A stretch of DNA of 64,000 bases from an uncultured Chitinophaga sp. (GTDB taxonomy: Bacteria; Bacteroidota; Bacteroidia; UBA7662): assembly GCA_964577055.1 (NCBI GenBank), contig CAZNWC010000003.1, positions 175,245-239,244 on the forward strand. Reading direction: 5' to 3'. The notes under the pieces were generated by a model, which was not told the origin of the DNA, did no database searches, and was given only the letters and a program-made list of their open reading frames with translations. Position 1 is the first letter of the stretch, and each line of letters begins with the position of its first letter. The position numbers and the translations under genes are program-made. Shown here one piece after another: positions 48,601 through 55,431 of the stretch.

Positions 48601-49393
48601 TTAAGAATTTGATTTAAAATTTTTGGTGGGGAAGACATAAATGAAACTGTCTTCCCGGTTGCTTAGATAAGCGCGCCGAATCAAGCCAATATGCTGGCTA
48701 GCCATGCCTTCTAAAGCCCTGTAGTTTCGAGTGCATTGGCCAGGGTAGGAGCCTGAGGTTGGAAAAATTCCGAACTGAGTCCTGATCAAAAGCGGCAATC
48801 GGTCGTCGGCACTGCAAAAGGTTTCATCGGCTACCAAATCGTAAGCCAATGGCTTCAGATGCACAGGCCCCGGCAAGTAGTACAGGTACTTGAACTTGCG
48901 GTAATGGGCCAGCTGCTCGTGCAGACCAGCCAGCCCATTGGCAATACAAATCACAGCTGTAGGATCAACTATCATAACTTTCGAGATAATGAGGTGCACT
49001 CATCTGAATAGGCTGACCAGCTGCATTCAACAAAGTGCCACCCTGGGGGATGCTTTTGTTGGGGAAAAGCCCTTCTTCTGTAAAATAGATGGCGTCGGTT
49101 GGGCCCAGTACCAGGCAGCAAGGCAATTTTAAGTCATCGTGTACATGTTGCCCTACTGCGACCAGGGTTTTCCTGAAATCTTCATCGTGTTGCAACTCAG
49201 CATAGGTGCGTACTTCTTCATGTGGAATTCCAACAACCAGGCCATTGGAGGAATCGTTTGGTTCAGTGCCTAACTGCAGCTGAATGGGCAACTGCTGGTA
49301 TAAAGCATAACCTCTCTTTACAATGAGGTAAGGAAACATGCCATAGCCTTCGGGAAATGGCACGCTTCGGCTGCGTGAAATGTCGTTTGTCAT
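48601..49393 (-). pseudogene. possible frameshifted gene (two overlapping same-strand ORFs, 142 aa + 132 aa) downstream of metK
   Basis: ORFs 48965..49393 and 48601..48999 overlap by 35 nt in different frames on the same strand. Together they would encode ~265 aa. This may be a genuine frameshift or sequencing error, or two small genes. No family was recognised. Confidence 0.3.
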
Positions 49394-49480
49394 AGATTAA
49401 AAATTTAAGTGAAAATTTGGGCATAGGCGTGGCCCGACATGCAGGATCATGCCTATGCAAACAATAGATGTTAATAGATT

Positions 49481-49897
49481 TTAGAGGTCGATGTAGTAAA
49501 CGTCCGACGTGTTCCGCGGGATATCGCGGCATACAAAGCCGCCTTCTTCGGGAATGTGTTCAATGAGGTCGAAGGCTTCGCAGTCTTTCGGTAGACCTTC
49601 GAAAATGAGTGTGAACCAGTATGGTGAAGGGCTTACTTTCAACCAAGTGGGGTACATGGGGATGTTGATGGCGTGCTGCAGTTTGGCAACCGGACCACCC
49701 ACTTTGGGCAGCAAAATGGTACTGGGCCAGATGCGAACCAGGGAGAAGGCCGATTCGAAATGCATGCAGCAGTGTACTACCACCTGGCTCTCGTTGCGTC
49801 GTTCTACCTTGTGCCGCAGTTTTTTTCGCAAGTCTTCAGAAATCTCCACTTCCACTTTTTCGATTTCGACGATTTCGGTGGTCATGGTGGTTTTCAT
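49481..49897 (-). CDS. hypothetical protein translationally coupled to metK
   Basis: The internal ATG (MKTTMTTEIVEIEKVEV...) at 49897 lies immediately after the metK stop (49894). It is 138 aa with several Cys/His (VVVHCCMHFES...DCEAFDLIEH...CRD). The track ORF extends further upstream into metK. Confidence 0.5.
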   Translation of the reverse strand: MKTTMTTEIVEIEKVEVEISEDLRKKLRHKVERRNESQVVVHCCMHFESAFSLVRIWPSTILLPKVGGPVAKLQHAINIPMYPTWLKVSPSPYWFTLIFEGLPKDCEAFDLIEHIPEEGGFVCRDIPRNTSDVYYIDL

Positions 49898-51150
49898 AAC
49901 ACACCTCCTTCCTTTGCTTTTTGCAGTTGGATGGCTAAGTCGTTTCCTTCCCAAGAGAAAAGCTGAGGGCTGCGCTCGCAAGTTTCGCCAGAGGCGTTGT
50001 GAAAAGTTTGGCTAACGGTTTGGGGGGCTCTTCCAAAGTGACCGTTTGCCGCTGTAGGCAGGTATTTGGGGCTTTGTAAATCGAGCAATTCGATGATGCC
50101 GGCTGGACTCAAATCGAGCTCTTGTAAAAGCCAGCTGCTCAGTAGTTCAAGATCCACACGTTCCGTTCCGCGGGCATCGAGGTACAGGCCAATGGGTTGT
50201 GCCAAACCAATGGCATAGCTTAGCTGCACCAACAATTCATCGGCCAGGCCAGCCGCTACCACATTGCGGGCAATGTAACGGGCCACATAAGCTGCCGAAC
50301 GGTCGACTTTACTGGGGTCTTTGCCCGAAAAGGCACCGCCACCATGCGCGCCGTGACCGCCATAGGTATCTACAATGATCTTGCGGCCTGTCAATCCCGT
50401 ATCCACAGCTGGTCCACCCAAGGTAAAACTGCCCGATGGATTGATGTGAAATTGAATTGGTTGCTTTTCCCAAACAGCACGCACCTCGGGCGATAACTTG
50501 GCAACGAATGCGGGAATGACTTGGCTCAGTACATCTTGCCTCAATTGTTCTTGTGAAATGGGCTGGTGTTGGGTGCTGATTACTACCGTTTCAACCGCTT
50601 GTGGCCGGCCTTTGGCATCCTGTACAATGGTTACTTGCGATTTGGCATCGGGCAAGAGGTAAGGCAACCGATGGGTGGTGCGGGCCAGCTCCAGTTCACG
50701 CAATAGGTCACGGGCCAGCACATAGCTTAATGGCAACAATTCGGGGGTTTGGCGGCAGGCATAACCAAACATGATGCCCTGATCGCCTGCTCCCAAAGCT
50801 TTGCCGGCGCTTTGCTCCACGGCTTGGTTGATCTCGGGGCTTTGCTGTTGCAGCAGCACCAAGATGTTGCAGCTGTCGGCATCAAAACCATGGCCAGGCG
50901 CGGTATAGCCAATGTACCGAATGGTTTGGCGGACAACTGCCTCTACATCAATTTGCGCGCGACTGTGGATTTCACCTGCCACCACCACCTGGTTTTTGGT
51001 GACCAAGGTTTCCACAGCCACCCGGGCATGTGGGTCAAAAGCGAGGTAATGATCAAGCAAGGCATCCGATATTTGATCGGCTACTTTGTCGGGGTGTCCG
51101 GCCGAAACGGCCTCAGAAGAGAATCTTCTGCCTTGAAATGCGTTTTCCAT
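49894..51150 (-). CDS. metK: S-adenosylmethionine synthetase
   Basis: N-terminal FSSEAVSAGHPDKVADQISDA is present. GAGDQGIMFGYA is present. The hexapeptide GGGAFSGKDPSKVDRSAAY is present. The C-terminus is ...GHFGR...FSWE. The protein is 418 aa. Confidence 0.95.
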   Translation of the reverse strand: MENAFQGRRFSSEAVSAGHPDKVADQISDALLDHYLAFDPHARVAVETLVTKNQVVVAGEIHSRAQIDVEAVVRQTIRYIGYTAPGHGFDADSCNILVLLQQQSPEINQAVEQSAGKALGAGDQGIMFGYACRQTPELLPLSYVLARDLLRELELARTTHRLPYLLPDAKSQVTIVQDAKGRPQAVETVVISTQHQPISQEQLRQDVLSQVIPAFVAKLSPEVRAVWEKQPIQFHINPSGSFTLGGPAVDTGLTGRKIIVDTYGGHGAHGGGAFSGKDPSKVDRSAAYVARYIARNVVAAGLADELLVQLSYAIGLAQPIGLYLDARGTERVDLELLSSWLLQELDLSPAGIIELLDLQSPKYLPTAANGHFGRAPQTVSQTFHNASGETCERSPQLFSWEGNDLAIQLQKAKEGGVL

Positions 51151-51305
51151 GTGGTAAAAATTTAAAGGTTAAACATTACCACCAAGAAGACGTGAAGAAA
51201 GTACTGGGTCATGCGTAGTTTATATTTGACGGTACGTCCTCATCGTTTTACCACCGTGGCGTTTGCGCGCTCGGTTGGTACCCTTTGGGGGTTCTTGATG
51301 ATGAT
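51151..51305 (-). promoter_or_regulatory. structured 5' leader of metK (candidate SAM-responsive riboswitch-like element)
   Basis: A candidate -7 box TATCTTTG lies on the minus strand at 51314..51307. This gives a ~150-nt leader. The leader starts CAUCAUCAAGAACCCCCAAAGGG and ends ...CGAUGAGGACG, a P1-like pairing reminiscent of SAM-I AUCAAGAG / GAUGAG. There are three GGUGGUAA/UUACCAC elements, one of them abutting the AUG. Confidence 0.3.
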
Positions 51306-51458
51306 GCAAAGATAAAGGGGAGAATTAAAATCTCTAGCAGATAGCTTATATTTTTATTCTTCCTATAAATACTTACCCAAAGACTCAGGTGCTTTTTTGC
51401 AAGAATCAGCTAAACTTTACTAGAATATTATTAGTGGAGAGTAAGGCTGTTGAATACA

Positions 51459-51749
51459 TTAGGTTTCCTCTATGATGTAATTATTTGGCGGCCTCTTAAT
51501 ACCCATATGCTCCTCCATATAGTATTGTAGCATCTCTAAATTCTCTTTGTCCTCAGGCATTGACGCAAGTACATAATTAAAAAACTCTCTAAGCTGGCAT
51601 TCTTCGTTCATCATGTATGAAAAAAAGGAGCAATCAGAATGATTCACTTTGAATATCTTGAAGTAGTCAGCCGAAAAACCCAAATAGCGTTCAAAGTATT
51701 CGTTCACGTTGGCTGCTGATTCTGCATCCCATCTTTTGGTATCATACAT
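51459..51749 (-). CDS. hypothetical small protein in AT-rich island
   Basis: This 96-aa ORF (MYDTKRWDAESAANVNEYFERYLGF...) lies in a segment of ~35-40% GC versus ~57% for neighbours. Codon usage is AT3-rich. No recognisable family. Confidence 0.35.
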   Translation of the reverse strand: MYDTKRWDAESAANVNEYFERYLGFSADYFKIFKVNHSDCSFFSYMMNEECQLREFFNYVLASMPEDKENLEMLQYYMEEHMGIKRPPNNYIIEET

Positions 51750-52033
51750 GATATCCTCTACGACTTGTGCTTCTTTCGTGAGTCAATGAGCCATGTCGTT
51801 GATATCGCAGGTTGTAATGGCTTGGTGGATACGTTTTATTTAATGCTACAAGGTAGTCGTTAATTTCCCGCCGATTATCACATTATAAGAAGTAATATTA
51901 TAGGGCTTAATTGAATTATTGAGGGCGGCTGTTGCATGTGAATCGGCCATGGATATCAATCCCAGGTAGATGCTTGTATTCTCAAAACAAATCGAATGTT
52001 TATCTCTCCGCCGCAAGTACCAACCCGTCTCCA

Positions 52034-55000
52034 TTATTCTTTCATGGCATCACCCGCCCCTTTGCCCACCAAAACTTTCGACTTTGGTGCTGGCAGCTCG
52101 GCCGCTTGCTTCACCATCCGCAAGGCCTCGTCCAGCAACTGCGTGCGCACATTGAGCTCGGCAAGGCGGTTGGGTGTGGCCGAGGGGTGCACACGGTTGG
52201 AGAGGAAAATGAAGGTGAGGTCGGTTTGCGGATCAATCCACAGCAGGGTGCCGGTGAAGCCGCTGTGACCAAAGCTGTAGGCCGAGGCCAAAGGCCCCAC
52301 GGGAGAAGCCTTACCACGGGTGGTTTCGGGACGGTCCCACAGCAACCCTCGGCGGTTGTTCACCAGCTGGGGCGAGGTGAAGAGTGTGATGGTTTCGGCG
52401 GCGATATACTGTTTTTTGCCGTACAAACCGCGGCGGGCGAGGGGAGTGGCCAAGCGGACCACATCGGCAGCATTGGCAAACAAACCTGCATGGCCAGCCA
52501 CGCCTCCCTGCAGGGCGGCCATGGGGTCGTGCACATCGCCATGGAGCAGCTGTTTGCGGAAATCGGCTTCGTTTTCGGTGGGGGCAATGAGCGCCAGGGG
52601 CAAACGCTGCCGGGGTTGGTAGCCGAGTGTCCGCAGCTGCAAAGGGTCGTAGAGCTGGTTTTGCAACCAGCGCTCGGGCGACGCGCCGGCGCCGCGTTCC
52701 AAAATTTCCCAGGCCAATTGCAAGCCCAAATCGCTATACACGTATTTGCCGGGTTGCAAAGGCTGCTGCAACACCCATTGAAAAAGGCTATCGGCCAAAA
52801 GTGGACGGGCGTATAAACCTTCGGCTACCCGCAAGCCAGTGCTGTCGGTGTACCAAGCCGGGTCGGGTTTGCCGTTTTTGAAGGTGCGTTTCCAAAAGGG
52901 CACAAAAGCAGGTAGGCCAGCCTGGTGGGCGAGGAGGGCACGCAAACTTTGTTGGCCCAGCGCCGTTCCCTTTAATTCAGGTAAAAAAAAACCGAGCGAA
53001 GAATCGATCGGCAGTAGCTTTTGGTCGTAGCGCAACATCGTCCCGACCCCCGTGGCCAGCACCTTGGTGAGCGAGGCCAGGTCGTACACCGTGGCCTGGG
53101 TCACAGGCTGCGTGCGTTGTTGGTCCATAAAGCCATAACTGCGCATGTAAAACACTTCGTGCCCGCGGGCCAGCAGCAATTGCGCGCCGGGCATGGCACC
53201 CAGCAAAAGGGCGTTGTTGGCAATGGAGTCGATGCGGCGAAAATCACGCGGTGTAAGGCCCAAATGCCCTGGATCGATGAGGCGCAAATCGAATCCCGCT
53301 TGGGTGAACAAACCGGTACCCGCAGGCAAACCAGGCGAAACACTCACAGGCAGTTTGCCTTTGAACGGCAGCACCCCAAACAACAGCTGGGCGGTGGTTT
53401 TCCAGGCCCAGGGGTGCTCTTCGTAACCGCACACCAACGCATTGCCAAAATTGAACTGCGGCAGGCTGTAGGCATTGCCAAAAACCACCTGCACCGAACT
53501 TTTGCCTTGCAGCAAGGTTTTGATGCCGGCAACGGTGAGGCTGTCGATGCCGAATTTTTGTCCCGCCCGCTGCGTGGCCAAATGCCAGCTCACCACCACC
53601 TCGTCGAACTGTCCCAATTCGGCAGCCAGCTTGTTGAGGGCCACCGTATCGTATTTCATGGGCAGGTAGCGGTGCTCGGCCACGGTGTAGATGCTGAGGG
53701 CATTGTAAAATTCCGCCGCCGTGGGGTCGCCCACGCCCAGGTGCAGGCGTTTGGTGTTGCTTTTGCCGCGGAGTGGCACCAACTTGTCGGGATTGTTCAC
53801 CAAGGTCACCGCCTGCTCAAAAATGCGCTGGTTGAGGGCGCCGGCAGCGGCCGGATTCAGCTCTTCGTACAGCTGGTTGGTGTTCACCGGCTGGTAGGCG
53901 TTTAAGCCCACCCAATATTTCACCGCCAGGATGCGCTTTACCCGCTTTTCGATATCGCGCCAGCGGATGTTGCCTGCTTCGATGTCGGCAAAAATGCGGC
54001 CCATGGCCACGGGCACATCCATGCTGTAAAGCAGCACATCGTTGCCGGCCAGCAGGGCACGGGCATCTACCTCACCGGGCGCGTAAAAATCGGCCACCCC
54101 TTTCATATTGAGGGCGTCGGTGAAGACGAGTCCTTCAAAACCGAGTTCTTCTTTCAGCAGTTTGCTTACCACGGCATTGCTCAGGGTGGAGGCCTGGTTG
54201 GTGGTGGTGTCGAGGGCGGGAATGGCCAGGTGGGCCACCATCACGCTGCCTACCCCTTCGCGGATGAGGCGTTTGAAGGGCACCAGTTCCAGGGTGTCGA
54301 GTTGTTTGCGCGAAGCTTTCACCACCGGCAGGCTGTAGTGCGAGTCGGCATCGGTATCGCCATGGCCGGGGAAGTGTTTGGCACAGGCCAAAATGCGGTT
54401 GTCTTGCAAACCGCGCATATAAGCCGTGCCTTTTTCGGCCACTTTGTATTTGTCTTCGCCAAACGAGCGGAACGAAATCACGGGGTTGGCGGGATTGTTA
54501 TTCACATCGACCACGGGCGAAAAGCTCACGTGCACGCCCAAACGCTGGCATTGCAGGGCTTTTTGGCGACCCATCTCGTAAATGAGGCGGTTGTCGGTCA
54601 TGGCCCCCAGGGTCATTTGGTAAGGATATTTGATGGTGCTGTCGAGCCGCATGGCCAAACCCCACTCGGCATCCATGGCAATGAGCAGGGGCACTCGGGC
54701 GAGTGCTTGGTAGTGGTTGGTGAGCTGGGCCTGGCGCACCGGACTTCCTTTCATGAAGATCAAGCCGCCCAGATGGTAGTCGCGTACCAACTTTTCGAGC
54801 TTGGTGTCGGGCTTGTCGGTGGTGCTGAAGGCCGCCACCATGAAGAGTTGTCCGAGCCGCTGTGTATCGCTCATGCTGGCATACACCGAATCGACCCAGG
54901 CGTTGATTTCGAAGGGCAATTTGCGTTTGGCCACTTCTTTAGACGGCAGCGGGGCAGATTCAGGTGTGGTGAAAACAGGAGCCGGTTCTTTGCCTGCATC

Positions 55001-55069
55001 GCTGGCCGCCAGGGCGAGAAATGAAAGGAGGATGGCCAACAAGCCAAAGCTGAGCAACGACAAACGCAT
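52034..55069 (-). CDS. fusion protein: GH3 beta-N-acetylhexosaminidase (NagZ-like) + C-terminal beta-lactamase/transpeptidase-fold serine hydrolase
   Basis: A signal peptide is present. The GH3 N-domain has motifs (KHFPGHGDTDADSHY, VMVAH). The C-terminal half has SxxK (ASLTKVL) and an HSG(F)TG triad typical of the class C beta-lactamase / AmpH fold. Confidence 0.85.
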   Translation of the reverse strand: MRLSLLSFGLLAILLSFLALAASDAGKEPAPVFTTPESAPLPSKEVAKRKLPFEINAWVDSVYASMSDTQRLGQLFMVAAFSTTDKPDTKLEKLVRDYHLGGLIFMKGSPVRQAQLTNHYQALARVPLLIAMDAEWGLAMRLDSTIKYPYQMTLGAMTDNRLIYEMGRQKALQCQRLGVHVSFSPVVDVNNNPANPVISFRSFGEDKYKVAEKGTAYMRGLQDNRILACAKHFPGHGDTDADSHYSLPVVKASRKQLDTLELVPFKRLIREGVGSVMVAHLAIPALDTTTNQASTLSNAVVSKLLKEELGFEGLVFTDALNMKGVADFYAPGEVDARALLAGNDVLLYSMDVPVAMGRIFADIEAGNIRWRDIEKRVKRILAVKYWVGLNAYQPVNTNQLYEELNPAAAGALNQRIFEQAVTLVNNPDKLVPLRGKSNTKRLHLGVGDPTAAEFYNALSIYTVAEHRYLPMKYDTVALNKLAAELGQFDEVVVSWHLATQRAGQKFGIDSLTVAGIKTLLQGKSSVQVVFGNAYSLPQFNFGNALVCGYEEHPWAWKTTAQLLFGVLPFKGKLPVSVSPGLPAGTGLFTQAGFDLRLIDPGHLGLTPRDFRRIDSIANNALLLGAMPGAQLLLARGHEVFYMRSYGFMDQQRTQPVTQATVYDLASLTKVLATGVGTMLRYDQKLLPIDSSLGFFLPELKGTALGQQSLRALLAHQAGLPAFVPFWKRTFKNGKPDPAWYTDSTGLRVAEGLYARPLLADSLFQWVLQQPLQPGKYVYSDLGLQLAWEILERGAGASPERWLQNQLYDPLQLRTLGYQPRQRLPLALIAPTENEADFRKQLLHGDVHDPMAALQGGVAGHAGLFANAADVVRLATPLARRGLYGKKQYIAAETITLFTSPQLVNNRRGLLWDRPETTRGKASPVGPLASAYSFGHSGFTGTLLWIDPQTDLTFIFLSNRVHPSATPNRLAELNVRTQLLDEALRMVKQAAELPAPKSKVLVGKGAGDAMKE

Positions 55070-55431
55070 GTGCCAAAGATAGAACTAAGAACCAAAAGTT
55101 AAGAATGAAGAGAGAAGAAGGGTGGGGGCGGCTGAACCGTGTTGGTGGGTAGCACGAACAAGTTCCAAGAAGGAAAAGTTAAAAGTTAAGTGTTTGGTGA
55201 TTGTGCGATGATGGTGGGGTTGACCGTGGGTATGCTGAATGGCGCCCTTCGGCTCCGCTCAGGGAACGCAGGGACCGGTGGTAAGCCCTGCTCCCCGCTA
55301 CGCCCAGCTCCCCACCCCAACCGCATCCTCTTTCATCCTTCCGCCTCCTTCCATGCCTGAAAAACACGGAGGCCACGGAGAACCTTACTTACCGTGCGCC
55401 CTGCCCCCAGCCCCTCGCTACGCCCAGCGCC

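Noticed and set aside
51235-51305. Calling the metK leader a canonical SAM-I riboswitch
   Set aside because: Only the P1-like ends (AUCAAGAA / GAUGAG) resemble SAM-I. The conserved GGCCC / GAAACC / GCAACC core is missing and the element is about 30 nt too short. I kept it only as a generic riboswitch-like leader candidate.
55074-55081. TATCTTTG as promoter -7 box of the GH3 fusion gene
   Set aside because: It ends only 4 nt before the ATG at 55069. The predicted TSS would fall inside or after the start codon of a protein that needs its N-terminal signal peptide. Probably a chance match.
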